DNA of 64,000 bases from a virus, in IMG/VR virus record IMGVR_UViG_3300033490_000001, one strand, 5' to 3'. The notes under the pieces are model-generated. The model made no database searches and was not told where the DNA came from. It was given only the letters and a program-made list of their open reading frames with translations. A program made the position numbers and the translations under genes. The first letter of the stretch is position 1, and every line of letters starts with the position of its first letter. Shown piece after piece: positions 19,500 to 29,049 of this stretch.

Positions 19500-19976
19500 T
19501 TACGGATTGCCCGTGGAACCCACGAATTTGACGATCCAGACACAGATTGCAGCAAGAACTGCCAGAAATGCAAGCACTGAGAGGACAGTGATGATAGGAT
19601 AGTCTTCTTCTTGCGGAATGTTGACTTGGATGTTCGGGTCTACGGTCAGTTTGACCTGTGTAGCGATGTCTATTGCGATTTTCTCGTTGCATTCGTAGGC
19701 ACGGCGTGTCGCGCTAACGATGTCGACGATCCACCAGACATAGAGCCCGAGAGCAGTAATGAATTTCAGGATCGCTCCCGCCCAGTCGCCGAGGTAGATT
19801 CGGTCAAAGGGCGGAAAGAACAACGCGAGCAAGAAGGTAGCGATCGGGTCTTTGCGGCGCTTGCGGTACATCGCGTTGAACACGGCAATCTGGCTCGGCG
19901 AAAGGCTTTGAAACATCGCCTGAACTTCCGGCGAAAACTTCTGCACATCCTTGTGTAACTCTACCTGTTGCGTCAT
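19500..19976 (-). CDS. TM2-domain membrane protein
   Basis: KRRKDPIATFLLALFFPPFDRIYLG...ILKFITALGLYVWWIVDI. Confidence 0.85.
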   Translation of the reverse strand: MTQQVELHKDVQKFSPEVQAMFQSLSPSQIAVFNAMYRKRRKDPIATFLLALFFPPFDRIYLGDWAGAILKFITALGLYVWWIVDIVSATRRAYECNEKIAIDIATQVKLTVDPNIQVNIPQEEDYPIITVLSVLAFLAVLAAICVWIVKFVGSTGNP

Positions 19977-19990
19977 CTCATCCCACCTCC

Positions 19991-20542
19991 TCACAAGTTA
20001 CGCAGTAAAGAATGCCACGCCTTGATAGACTCGTTGAGTGACATTAGCTTTCGCGCACCTTCAAGTTGTTCCCAGAGTTCTACCGCAGAATGCCAGTCGA
20101 GTTGCTGGGCAAAGATTTCGTGTGCGACAGATACGATGTAATCGACCGTTTCTTCATCGAGGGCGACTTGTTCAGAAATTCCGAGAACGCCCATTAGCAG
20201 CGATACCGTCCCGGTAAATAGATCATCTTCGGAGATGAACTCGTTGGAATGTTCGGCACAACTTGCGTAATCTTGACCGAAGATTAGGTTGAGAGCGAAC
20301 GCTTTCGCGCAAGTTTCACAGTCGAATACCGCGATGACGCTGTCCTGCTCGAACAATCTCTTCGCTCCGACATATGCAACGAATTTCACTTCCCATTTGT
20401 CAGCGTCTTTGTGAACGGTAATTCTCGCACGACGGTAAGACGCCGGGTCTGGCACATAGCCAGCGTCCCATTCGTAGCCTTCCTGCGGCTCGATACCTGT
20501 GGTTTCTCGCGATGCCTTAACAGTTCGCACCATACGAATCAC
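19991..20542 (-). CDS. Hypothetical early-region protein
   Basis: GGAGGTGA RBS; coupled to the upstream gene. Confidence 0.6.
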   Translation of the reverse strand: MIRMVRTVKASRETTGIEPQEGYEWDAGYVPDPASYRRARITVHKDADKWEVKFVAYVGAKRLFEQDSVIAVFDCETCAKAFALNLIFGQDYASCAEHSNEFISEDDLFTGTVSLLMGVLGISEQVALDEETVDYIVSVAHEIFAQQLDWHSAVELWEQLEGARKLMSLNESIKAWHSLLRNL

Positions 20543-21006
20543 CTCCGCTGCAAATTCAGTCTCACAGCGGTCACAACTTCGTTAACTTTGTGCACGAAAT
20601 CAGAAGCACGCCTGAAACGAATCCACCAAACGATGTCTGGCATGAGCAGACATCGTTCAGATTTCGCTTCGACGACGGTAAACCAAAATGCCCACTCTCC
20701 GTTGTGGACGCCGTGATAATCTACCGCGTGCCATGTCAGAACGCGAAGGTCGAAATTCTCCACGCACGCCTTTTCTACCGCCTTTCCAAACAGAAAGGCG
20801 ATGACATCAACATAAGTGTCGCAGACATAGTAGGAATCTTGACAATCTTTCAAAATCTCGAACAACTCGTTGGCAAGTTTCCGAAACGGCAACGATTCTC
20901 GTTCAAATCGTTCTGGTCCGAACACAGATGACAACATCGCTTTGGTTTCGTCGGGATCTGAGTAGTAGGCATAGTGAAGGACATCTCGCAGCAGCCGTTT
21001 CGTCAT
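20539..21006 (-). CDS. Hypothetical early-region protein
   Basis: GGAGGTGA RBS. Confidence 0.6.
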   Translation of the reverse strand: MTKRLLRDVLHYAYYSDPDETKAMLSSVFGPERFERESLPFRKLANELFEILKDCQDSYYVCDTYVDVIAFLFGKAVEKACVENFDLRVLTWHAVDYHGVHNGEWAFWFTVVEAKSERCLLMPDIVWWIRFRRASDFVHKVNEVVTAVRLNLQRR

Positions 21007-21044
21007 CGCAGATCACCTCCGAACTTAGAATCGTTCTTCTTCAG

Positions 21045-21375
21045 TCAATACCAGCCGATTATCGCATTTGCGAATTCAATAACGGCTTGGTTGAAATCTT
21101 CGTGCAGAATAGTCCGATACTGCCACGCTTTACTCCATTGTTGGCGAGAAAGTTCTTCGCCATAGGCACATCTGTGGAGTTTGTTCGCTAGTTCGTAAAA
21201 TTCGCCTTCGGTTGCGCATCGTTCCCACAGCGCTTTGAAGCGAGACCGCCAGTACGAATGTCTCAGCCTTCGGAAGACCTTATCCCACTGTTCACAAATT
21301 GCACGAACGAACTTTCTTCGCGTCATCTTCATTCCTGATCGTGTAGACGATCCACTTCTCTTTCTTCTTCGCCAT
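21045..21375 (-). pseudogene. Hypothetical early protein with a +1 frameshift at 21313-21315
   Basis: GGAGGTGA RBS and ATG at 21375 give MAKKKEKWIVYTIRNEDDAKK; deleting one base of the A3 run continues into FVRAICEQW...IGWY (331 nt = 110 codons + 1). Confidence 0.6.
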
Positions 21376-21415
21376 CGTAGGTCACCTCCGTGAGAATGCT
21401 GTTCGGCGCCCAGAT

Positions 21416-21471
21416 AAAAAACGAACGGCGGGAGCGCTACGCAAGCGCGAACCGTTCGCAGTACTCCCGCT
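21416..21471 (-). terminator. Rho-independent terminator with alternative pairing
   Basis: CGAACGG/CCGTTCG and GCGGGAG/CTCCCGC stems followed by a T7 run on the - strand. Confidence 0.7.
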
Positions 21472-21482
21472 GACGAATTCGT

Positions 21483-21941
21483 CTAAGTTGTGTTTACGAA
21501 CTTCTTGAGCTCGCGTGCCACATTCAACAGAAATTCTCGCAAGTCTTCATGTGTCTCGGCATATTCGCCGAGCCAGTCAGATGGCTCAAGCGAGATCAGG
21601 TCGTATTTGCCATTGACACTGATGAAAAGATATGGGATTGCGTCGCAAGATGGATAGTCGAAGTAAATCTCAGTCTTGATTTCGTCTGGAACCTGCACGA
21701 GCTTGCGAACGATCGCTTGCACAGCGATGCACCATGCGAGATAACTTTCTTCGTCTGTGGGAATTGCTTCGGAGAACTTGTCGAGCATGAAATACTTGAA
21801 GTTTTCAGGGACTTCGCGCGAGAGAATCCAGTGTTCAGGGAAAGAAATGTTTGTGTCACTTAAGGCTGGCACGACGATTTCACGAATTTTCTGCCAGAAC
21901 CTGTCCTCATCTTTAGGCAGTGTTATTCGCGGCTTGGGCAT
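21483..21941 (-). CDS. Hypothetical early-region protein
   Basis: 152-aa ORF with RBS. Confidence 0.65.
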   Translation of the reverse strand: MPKPRITLPKDEDRFWQKIREIVVPALSDTNISFPEHWILSREVPENFKYFMLDKFSEAIPTDEESYLAWCIAVQAIVRKLVQVPDEIKTEIYFDYPSCDAIPYLFISVNGKYDLISLEPSDWLGEYAETHEDLREFLLNVARELKKFVNTT

Positions 21942-22236
21942 AATTGGTCACCTCCTCTTTGAGAATCTTCAATGCATGTTCTGCGAATAGATCTGCGTCG
22001 TCAAGCCAAACGAGCTTTGTAGGCGCGACTCCGTAGCTGCCGTGTAAAATAAGAACTCCATCTACGCCTTCTGACCATTTGAGCGTCTCAAACCAAAGCT
22101 CCAGCTCGCTTCTCAGAATGTCCTCATCAGCGAGCTCCTCATCGGTTAGAGAACCGAAAACGAAGTCAAGCAGGCGCGTGTAGAATTCGTTTTCGTGCAT
22201 GACGATCATCTTGGTGAATTCACTCATCGCAATCAC
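21913..22236 (-). CDS. Hypothetical acidic early-region protein
   Basis: ORF with GGAGGTGA RBS. Confidence 0.6.
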   Translation of the reverse strand: MIAMSEFTKMIVMHENEFYTRLLDFVFGSLTDEELADEDILRSELELWFETLKWSEGVDGVLILHGSYGVAPTKLVWLDDADLFAEHALKILKEEVTNYAQAANNTA

Positions 22237-22263
22237 CTCCAGATTCTCAGATTGAACACAACG

Positions 22264-22308
22264 AAAAAAAGCGCCGAGACGCCGTGCGAACCTACAGCAT
22301 CTCGGCGC
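22264..22308 (-). terminator. Rho-independent terminator
   Basis: GCGCCGAGA/TCTCGGCGC stem followed by T7 on the - strand. Confidence 0.8.
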
Positions 22309-22334
22309 TCTGTCTCGCTCGGAAGTTCACGAAT

Positions 22335-22724
22335 TCACTTTACACCAGCGCACTTAAGAAGATATGAGACAAGATCTACTGCTTGCTCGATATTCTCGAG
22401 GGTAGTGACAACAGCAACGCTGAGAGTTTCGCAGTCAAGGGTCAAGCACTCTCTCGTCTCTGGATCGACCATGATGAACGCAAATTCGCCGGAATAGGCA
22501 TACTCGTCGCGGAGAAGCGGTTCCCAGTACCACGCGAATTGCTTGCCAGCGAGCCTATTAACAGTCTCAGTGATAGTGTCTGCGATGTCAAGAATAGGAT
22601 AGTCGAACCCGAGATCCCAATCTTTCAGCAGAGCCGCATAGGTATCATCTTCTTCTTCGGGCTCTGCCAGCTCGCGATAGACCTCCTCCAAAGTCTGCCG
22701 AATTTTCTCACGCTCCATAGTCAT
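22335..22724 (-). CDS. Hypothetical acidic protein (paralog of 22790-23242)
   Basis: Shared F.xVDPETxxCLTL motif; RBS GGAGGGTG. Confidence 0.65.
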   Translation of the reverse strand: MTMEREKIRQTLEEVYRELAEPEEEDDTYAALLKDWDLGFDYPILDIADTITETVNRLAGKQFAWYWEPLLRDEYAYSGEFAFIMVDPETRECLTLDCETLSVAVVTTLENIEQAVDLVSYLLKCAGVK

Positions 22725-22789
22725 CACCCTCCTTCGTGAATTAGGCAGGCGCACAGAATTTCCTGCACGCCCGCCGATTTTTTCCTCGC

Positions 22790-23242
22790 TCAACCTTCAG
22801 ACTTGACACCGAGATTTTCGAGGATGAGACAACTTAATTTCGTGACAGCTTCAACAGCTTCCTGTTCGTCCAGAATTCTGAACCGCGCAAGAATGGTCTT
22901 GCCGCGATAGTCGTCGTGCAATGTGAGGCATTGTCCGGTCTCAGGGTCAACCGCGATGAACGAATACCAGCCGTCTGGGTCAAACCTCTCAGCATCAGCG
23001 GATTCTACGATGTGCGCCCATAAGAAGACGCGGTCAACGGTAAGTTCTACTGAACGCTCGATAATTTCGGCAACTTGTTCGCACAAGCATGGGTCCGCGT
23101 CCTCCCACGCAAAGCGGATGAAACTTGTCGGGTTTTCCGGTTCTTCACCTTCAGCGAGATCTGAATTGACCTCCTCGTTGAATACCTCAAGAAACGATTC
23201 GCGTGCACGCTTCTTCAACTCGTCAAGGTTTACTCCTGTCAT
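22790..23242 (-). CDS. Hypothetical acidic protein (paralog of 22335-22724)
   Basis: YSFIAVDPETGQCLTLHD. Confidence 0.65.
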   Translation of the reverse strand: MTGVNLDELKKRARESFLEVFNEEVNSDLAEGEEPENPTSFIRFAWEDADPCLCEQVAEIIERSVELTVDRVFLWAHIVESADAERFDPDGWYSFIAVDPETGQCLTLHDDYRGKTILARFRILDEQEAVEAVTKLSCLILENLGVKSEG

Positions 23243-23733
23243 CGCCAGCTCACCTCCAGCACAGGTTCGTTTAGAACCGACGGGTCATAAATGACCCACT
23301 CGTCATTCACCCGCTCTGCGACTGGTTCGCCAACGAGTTCGAACCATTCGCAGAGAACGTCGTCTTCATGGTTGAAGATGTAGTTAATTCCAGTCGTCGC
23401 AAGAAATGAATCCGCCCACTCGACATCTTGAAGCACAAGCTCGCGCCATTTTCGCGCATATTCGGAATCAGCGAACAGCGGACAAGGGAAATATCGCGGC
23501 TGCGGGACAACCGGTTCGTAGTTAGCCCTCAGAATCGCTATATGCGGATGAGTCTCCGTCCACATGGCAGCAAAAAGTTTCGCTGCCAGAAAGTTGCGAG
23601 AAAGGAAAAACGGTCCGCCTTCATCGTAGCGCTCGTAAGGACGATAAATCCGTCGCGTCACAGGAATGATTGACGCATAGACAGGCGGTTCTACTTCGTC
23701 GAAAACTAGGACGACTTTGTAGCCAGTTCTCAT
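23239..23733 (-). CDS. Hypothetical early-region protein
   Basis: ATGA coupling; RBS. Confidence 0.6.
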   Translation of the reverse strand: MRTGYKVVLVFDEVEPPVYASIIPVTRRIYRPYERYDEGGPFFLSRNFLAAKLFAAMWTETHPHIAILRANYEPVVPQPRYFPCPLFADSEYARKWRELVLQDVEWADSFLATTGINYIFNHEDDVLCEWFELVGEPVAERVNDEWVIYDPSVLNEPVLEVSWR

Positions 23734-23957
23734 ACTTCCTCACCTCCGCCGAACAGCTTCTCGAGAAACTGAGGATGCGCATGTGAATCGAACTGGCATT
23801 CGCTTTCGTCATCATGCGTGACGATGACAGTAGTGCTCGAATCGTCTTCGCGCACGATGACTTCTTTGTCGTCAACTTGAACGAAGTCAAAGTAGGCGTA
23901 ATGCGAATGGATGACAGTAATAGTCGAAATTTCTCGGCTGCATTGCGGACACTTCAT
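23730..23957 (-). CDS. Small Zn-finger-like protein (paralog of 23972-24238)
   Basis: MKCPQC...HDDESEC. Confidence 0.6.
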   Translation of the reverse strand: MKCPQCSREISTITVIHSHYAYFDFVQVDDKEVIVREDDSSTTVIVTHDDESECQFDSHAHPQFLEKLFGGGEEV

Positions 23958-23971
23958 CGTCGTTCACCTCC

Positions 23972-24238
23972 TTAGTCTGCAAAGAGATGCGCAATCTCTT
24001 CAGGCGGTTGTTGCTCGATGTTGAAGAAGTAGCAGACTAACGGGTCATGGAATTCGTGGTCCGGATCAAGGAAGCACAGCTCTTCGTCATCTTCGTGTCG
24101 GAACATCATGCCGATGGGCTCATACTCGACATCCTTGTGGAATCGAAATGTTCCGTCTTCGTTAAATTGAACGACATGCCAGACCTGTTCTGAGATCTCG
24201 ATAGATGCGACTTTCTTTCCGCAGACCGGACACTTCAT
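23972..24238 (-). CDS. Small Zn-finger-like protein
   Basis: MKCPVC...HEDDEELC. Confidence 0.6.
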   Translation of the reverse strand: MKCPVCGKKVASIEISEQVWHVVQFNEDGTFRFHKDVEYEPIGMMFRHEDDEELCFLDPDHEFHDPLVCYFFNIEQQPPEEIAHLFAD

Positions 24239-24362
24239 TGGAGATCACCTCCGTCGCTGAAATTGATTGGAAAGAAAGAAACCGTGCGCTGGCTTGCGGA
24301 AGGTGCGTGGGAGGCTCTGGGACGAGGAGCAGAAAGAGCCAGCGCACGGCTCTATTTCTCGC

Positions 24363-24791
24363 TCACTTCTGTTGCTTGTTTCGCTCAAGTTCGGCGACTT
24401 TGATCTGCAATTTCTGCACAGCCGAACTGAGATCAGCGGTAGCTTGCGATACTAGCTTTTGCAAATAAGGTTCAAGCTCTCGAGCTATGGCGATAGCGGC
24501 AGCGAAGTTCGCAAACACGCCTTCGTCCTTGGCACGCTGGAGAACATTCTCGCACATAGCGATTAACTCAGAAGGTCTATGCGTCAGCCATTTGCCTTCG
24601 AAATCGTAAGGCTTCACTACTACATAGACATCCGTGTCGGATGCTTCGATCAGAATTCTGTCTGAGCCAGATACAAATTCGCGACGATCAACCAGAACTT
24701 TGCGAACTTCCCATTCGTCATGAAGCTCGGAAGGCAGAAGTAATTTCACTTCGCTCAGGCGGAATTTGATGCCATCACGAAGAATTTCCAT
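24363..24791 (-). CDS. Hypothetical protein with C-terminal coiled coil
   Basis: 142-aa ORF with RBS. Confidence 0.6.
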   Translation of the reverse strand: MEILRDGIKFRLSEVKLLLPSELHDEWEVRKVLVDRREFVSGSDRILIEASDTDVYVVVKPYDFEGKWLTHRPSELIAMCENVLQRAKDEGVFANFAAAIAIARELEPYLQKLVSQATADLSSAVQKLQIKVAELERNKQQK

Positions 24792-24809
24792 CTTCGATCA
24801 CCTCCGCGC

Positions 24810-25073
24810 TCACGACATCTCTGTAAGACGAATCCACTCACGGACATCTCTTGCGATTCGCCAACGCAGTGGTGTTCTCTCAGGATACAGCAACGAAGCA
24901 GTAATCACGAACGGAAGCAGAAGGATTCGGAGACTCCAACTCACGGTGCGCTCAGCAAAGTGCATAACGCAAATCGTCGCAAACAGCGAGAATGCTGCAA
25001 TGCCTCCGACAGTAATAGCCGCGATTTCACGCAGCCGCACGATCTTTTTTCGCATTTCGACCACCTCCTGCAA
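24810..25073 (-). CDS. Small membrane protein
   Basis: Two hydrophobic segments. Confidence 0.55.
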   Translation of the reverse strand: MQEVVEMRKKIVRLREIAAITVGGIAAFSLFATICVMHFAERTVSWSLRILLLPFVITASLLYPERTPLRWRIARDVREWIRLTEMS

Positions 25074-25083
25074 GAATTTCCCT

Positions 25084-25365
25084 TCATCGCTCCTTCATCG
25101 AACGAAACGTCTCAGGAAGTCGGTCTGGCGATGTGTAGGCGAGCCAGAACCGAACTTCCCAGCGAATCCGTTGCCAAAGCGACATCGGTAAAGGACTGAT
25201 GACCGCCGCCAAAACGATGAGCGGAACGAGAAAGTAGCGGGCAAGGTGAATAAAGAACAGGCATAGACCTCCCGAAAGAGCTACGATGCAGGCAAGTAAA
25301 ACGCCTGCAATCGCAGCGAGTAAATTCGACATGGCTTCCCTGACATTCGCAAAGAATTCACGCAC
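25084..25365 (-). CDS. Small membrane protein
   Basis: Two hydrophobic segments; layout similar to 24810-25073. Confidence 0.55.
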   Translation of the reverse strand: MREFFANVREAMSNLLAAIAGVLLACIVALSGGLCLFFIHLARYFLVPLIVLAAVISPLPMSLWQRIRWEVRFWLAYTSPDRLPETFRSMKER

Positions 25366-25592
25366 TACCGCCCACCTCCGAGAACTTTTTGAAGGTAGCG
25401 GTAGTGCTCCCAGAACAATTGGGAACGGAACCGGAGATAGTTCGGATGAAACGGCATCGTCTCTTTGAGGACATACCGAATTGACCTGACAACCGCTTCT
25501 TCTAGCGTGATTCCAACTTCCATCGCCATCTCTTCTAACGCCTGTGCTTCTGGTTCGCTGAGACGAATAGTTACTTCGCGCATCATAATCAC
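25365..25592 (-). CDS. Ribbon-helix-helix (CopG-like) DNA-binding protein
   Basis: REVTIRLSEPEAQALEEMAMEVGITLEEAVVRSIRY. Confidence 0.7.
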   Translation of the reverse strand: MIMMREVTIRLSEPEAQALEEMAMEVGITLEEAVVRSIRYVLKETMPFHPNYLRFRSQLFWEHYRYLQKVLGGGR

Positions 25593-25670
25593 CTCCGCGT
25601 TAAAATTTTAAGACGCGTGCGTAATATTCGCACGCGTCTAAATCCGCTACAAAGGACGGTGAAAAACGAG

Positions 25671-25931
25671 ATGCTTCCGTTGAATCTCATCCTAGACCTA
25701 GCGAAGATGTGGGTAGAAAGTCAGACTATCGAGAAGCTTCGCGAATACGCTTCTGATCCTAGGCCCGACATCCAATTCGACATGCCCATCGTCGGCGCGA
25801 AAGTCGACATCTGGATTCGGGATGTCGACAAGCCGCCGACGATGGCTCCGAAGGCGAAAAAAGCGATGAGAGTCGCTGTCGGAGATGTGCCGTTCTGGCT
25901 TTACTACCAACTAACCAGACCGAAGAAATGA
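25671..25931 (+). CDS. Hypothetical protein (lone + strand ORF in the early region)
   Basis: AAGGA-like RBS then ATG at 25671; reads more protein-like than the overlapping - strand ORF. Confidence 0.45.
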   Translation: MLPLNLILDLAKMWVESQTIEKLREYASDPRPDIQFDMPIVGAKVDIWIRDVDKPPTMAPKAKKAMRVAVGDVPFWLYYQLTRPKK

Positions 25932-25977
25932 GCGAACCGACAGCGGTTCGAACGCTGTCAGCCCGCTCAAGAATTCG

Positions 25978-26208
25978 TCACAATCGCAGAACTTGTCGGA
26001 ACAGGTCAGCGATTTGAGAAGGTTCGGTGTTCAAACTGAATGTGACAGAAGCAACCTCGAACCAATTTCCGCGATCGGCGATAATAACGGTAACTGAATC
26101 TTCCTCTATCGGACCAATCTTGGAGACATAACGGGAGACGAATTCTTCACCCAGCAGCGATTCGGCTTCGTTCAGAATGTGGTTGACTTTCTTGAGAGTT
26201 TCCCACAT
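25978..26208 (-). CDS. Hypothetical early-region protein
   Basis: GGAGGTGA RBS. Confidence 0.55.
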   Translation of the reverse strand: MWETLKKVNHILNEAESLLGEEFVSRYVSKIGPIEEDSVTVIIADRGNWFEVASVTFSLNTEPSQIADLFRQVLRL

Positions 26209-26224
26209 AGCATCTCACCTCCGT

Positions 26225-26842
26225 TCAGAGCGTTTGCGGTACGACCAACTCTGCAAGCGATTTCGCTTGCAGAATTTGCCGCAGATCAAAGACTTCGGCT
26301 TCTTTGTCGTCGGCGAATTGCAGAATTTGTTCGCCAACATACTGTTCGAATTCGTCGAAATCGCGATGTCGCCGAGTGACAATTTCGCAGTGAATGAAAA
26401 CATACGCAATATTGACGAGTTTGGCGAATTCTCCAGCAAGTTCGAGTCCGGAGAGTAGACTCATAGATTGTCGGTTCTGGTACGAACTGTAGACGCGATA
26501 GTGCAGCAGTAACTCGTCAAGCAGCGATTGGGTCTTTCGCCGCAGCGCAAGGCTGAGAAAATAGCAGAACTCCCAAACTGCCCAGTTCGCTTCATTTCTG
26601 GCTTCTTCAATGGCATCTTTTAGACCGAGGTGAATTTTCTGGAACGGAGCATCCGAGAACGCCCAAATTGCGCGGAACTCAGCAACTCCTCGGCCGCGCT
26701 TGACCGAAAGAATTACCTTCGTCGCGCCATCTGAGGGCGTGGTCTCAATGAAGTGCCACCGTGCACGAACTTCAAGTTCGACTTCATTGGAAACGATAAT
26801 TCGCTTCCGCACGACTGGACCCTTCGCGAACATAGAAACCAC
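26225..26842 (-). CDS. Hypothetical protein (paralog of 26851-27486)
   Basis: EVRARWH...LELAGEFAKLVNIAYVFIHCEI...FDLRQIL. Confidence 0.7.
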   Translation of the reverse strand: MVSMFAKGPVVRKRIIVSNEVELEVRARWHFIETTPSDGATKVILSVKRGRGVAEFRAIWAFSDAPFQKIHLGLKDAIEEARNEANWAVWEFCYFLSLALRRKTQSLLDELLLHYRVYSSYQNRQSMSLLSGLELAGEFAKLVNIAYVFIHCEIVTRRHRDFDEFEQYVGEQILQFADDKEAEVFDLRQILQAKSLAELVVPQTL

Positions 26843-26850
26843 CTCCTGAT

Positions 26851-27486
26851 TCAGATTTCGCTCATCGCAAGTTCTTTCAGCGTCTTCTTTGATACTTGAG
26901 CGATAATCGGGCGCAGGTCAAGCGTCTTCTCGACACGATCCCATGAGAATTCCGCAAGCCTGCGTCCAACCACGATTTCTACTTCTTCGGCTTTCGCTGA
27001 TTTTACGCAAAGTGCAATTTCGCAATGGATGTGCGCATACGCGATGCGAACGAGCTTGCCAAGCCGGGACGCGAGCTCGAGCGAGGAGAGAACTTCTCGC
27101 GGGTCAGGTCTGTAGAGTCTTACTTCGTAATCAAATCGCGAGAGGAGTTGCTTCGCCATATCTCCAGTTCGGTGCTGAAGACCGAGCCCGAGAATGAGTA
27201 GAAAGATGCCGACGGCGGCATCTGCCGCCATGTCGGCATCTTCCTTCGCTGCCTCGGGAGAGTGTTTCTCTAGAAGAATGGGTGCTTCGTCAATCGAAGC
27301 AACCGCCGACATCGTAATTTGCCTACGAAGTCCCTTATGACGCAGGATTAAAGTAATTCTCGTCTCGCCCGTGTCGTAGTCCTTTTCTCGTATCCTGTGC
27401 CAACGACCTCTCACCTCCATCTGCAAGTTATCGGACACGATAATCGTTCGTTTCGCGATGTTACTTCGAATGACCATAACCATCAC
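26851..27486 (-). CDS. Hypothetical protein (paralog of 26225-26842)
   Basis: EVRGRWH...LELASRLGKLVRIAYAHIHCEI...LDLRPII. Confidence 0.7.
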   Translation of the reverse strand: MMVMVIRSNIAKRTIIVSDNLQMEVRGRWHRIREKDYDTGETRITLILRHKGLRRQITMSAVASIDEAPILLEKHSPEAAKEDADMAADAAVGIFLLILGLGLQHRTGDMAKQLLSRFDYEVRLYRPDPREVLSSLELASRLGKLVRIAYAHIHCEIALCVKSAKAEEVEIVVGRRLAEFSWDRVEKTLDLRPIIAQVSKKTLKELAMSEI

Positions 27487-27552
27487 CTCCGAAGAATTTC
27501 ACAATCGGCGCGGTTCTCTATAAAACACCACGCCGATTCGATCCCGCAAACC

Positions 27553-27595
27553 AAAAAAAGAAGAGAGCGCGAGCCCGACTTGCGGACTCGCGCTC
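27553..27595 (-). terminator. Rho-independent terminator
   Basis: GAGCGCGAG/CTCGCGCTC stem followed by a T-rich tract on the - strand. Confidence 0.75.
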
Positions 27596-27641
27596 GCCAG
27601 CGGGAAAGAGGCGCGGAGAGGGGCGATTACTCGCATTCACA

Positions 27642-28004
27642 TCATCGTTCGGAATATAGTTCGTAGGTCGAATCGTCTACTTCGTCAGAAACCTCGTCGA
27701 AAATGTCGGCGAAGGTGATTAGCCGAAAGCGGATGCGATTTGCAATGAACTCGGCGGCATCTTCTACGACAGCTGACAAGTCTTCCGATTTGGCGATGAA
27801 TTCGCTCTCATAGTCGTCTCGGTAAACTTTGATGTGGATATTTGGGAACGAGTAAGTCGCGACGGTAATTTCGGCCCAGGTATCGTGCCCGTTCGTTACA
27901 GAAGCGATTGCCAGCCACCTATCCGCCTTTATGATCGTTCGCCAAATTAACGGCACTCCGTCAAGTAACTTAAGAAGAATTTCTTTTGCGTTCTGTTCCA
28001 TCAT
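27642..28004 (-). CDS. Hypothetical early-region protein
   Basis: GGAGGTGA RBS. Confidence 0.6.
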   Translation of the reverse strand: MMEQNAKEILLKLLDGVPLIWRTIIKADRWLAIASVTNGHDTWAEITVATYSFPNIHIKVYRDDYESEFIAKSEDLSAVVEDAAEFIANRIRFRLITFADIFDEVSDEVDDSTYELYSER

Positions 28005-28420
28005 CGCTCACCTCCGAGAATTTCTTCAGGCTGAAAATTCGTCACGACCGCAATCCAGCCCGAAGCAATTGCCTTGCCGATATTCTCGAAGTACTTCTGC
28101 AAATCGTGAAGTTCGAACAGTCCGAAGACATTGCCATCGAGAGAATTCACGAACTTCTCGACGAAACAGTTCCTTTCTCGGTCCCAGACAGACCAAGCAA
28201 CCTCGGGATGTCGTAGATGAATGAATCTTACGACTTTACCTGAAAGTAAAGCGTTCATGATTCGTTCCGCTTCGTCCAACGCGGAACGAACGAGAGGTGA
28301 ATCGCCTATGCGCTCGAACGGAAATTCGAAATATTCGATATGCGACGAGCACACAAAGCGAACTTCCTCTGGAGCATGCACAAGAAATAGTGCTTCGTTT
28401 TCGCACAAATCACACCTCAT
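28001..28420 (-). CDS. Cys/His-finger protein (paralog of 28410-28901)
   Basis: CDLCENEALFLV...FVCSSH...SPLVRSAL...LLSGKVVRF. Confidence 0.6.
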   Translation of the reverse strand: MRCDLCENEALFLVHAPEEVRFVCSSHIEYFEFPFERIGDSPLVRSALDEAERIMNALLSGKVVRFIHLRHPEVAWSVWDRERNCFVEKFVNSLDGNVFGLFELHDLQKYFENIGKAIASGWIAVVTNFQPEEILGGER

Positions 28421-28901
28421 CGTTCATCACCTCCTGATGGAGATTCTTCACGAATCGCCGCAAATCCGCCTCGTCGGAAACTCTACCTTCCAAAATCTCG
28501 ATCTGCCAGCCATTCACAAGTAACCGCACGAGCGATTGTTCATATCGTTCTAGTGTCAGATAAAGCGGACTGATAAATCGCTTCGCAGCTGGCGAATATC
28601 CAATGTCGCACACCCTTTCACCATCCATCGTCGGCACGAGTGCCGCATAGAACTCCCACTCGTCATACGGCGCACGCGGATTCGTTATCCGCAAAATTCG
28701 CCCATCACGAAGAGATTTCGCAATGGATACAGCAGCCTTCGTCGCGTCCCTTATCAACGCCGATTGCGAAATCGGCACGACATAGGAAGGAGAAAAGTTC
28801 TCGACATGTTTTTCGCAACTGAAGCGCCATCGCTGCCCTTCTCGGACAAGATACTTCGCCTCGTCGCGATGGTCCCAATCGCAAATGAATTTCTCCATCA
28901 T
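28410..28901 (-). CDS. Cys/His-finger protein (paralog of 28001-28420)
   Basis: CDWDHRDEAKYLV...FSCEKH...SALIRDAT...LRDGRILRI. Confidence 0.6.
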   Translation of the reverse strand: MMEKFICDWDHRDEAKYLVREGQRWRFSCEKHVENFSPSYVVPISQSALIRDATKAAVSIAKSLRDGRILRITNPRAPYDEWEFYAALVPTMDGERVCDIGYSPAAKRFISPLYLTLERYEQSLVRLLVNGWQIEILEGRVSDEADLRRFVKNLHQEVMNDEV

Positions 28902-28924
28902 AATCACCTCCATCGTAGAAATTT

Positions 28925-28977
28925 CCGCATCGCGAGAATTTTGCGCGATGCGGTCTCAATCCCACAATGGTGCGATT
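28925..28977 (-). promoter_or_regulatory. Repeated early leader element, copy 1 (19-bp motif + hairpin + RBS)
   Basis: On - strand: AATCGCACCATTGTGGGAT, then a CCGCATCGCG/CGCGATGCGG hairpin, then GGAGGTG. Confidence 0.65.
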
Positions 28978-28982
28978 GCGAG

Positions 28983-29039
28983 AAAAAAAAGAAGAGAGCG
29001 CCGACAGCGCCCGTCGCTCTCTAAGACGCCATCGGCGCT
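28983..29039 (-). terminator. Terminator with alternative pairing
   Basis: AGAGAGCG/CGCTCTCT or AGCGCCGA/TCGGCGCT stems before T8 on the - strand. Confidence 0.7.
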
Positions 29040-29049
29040 TCCTTCGCGA

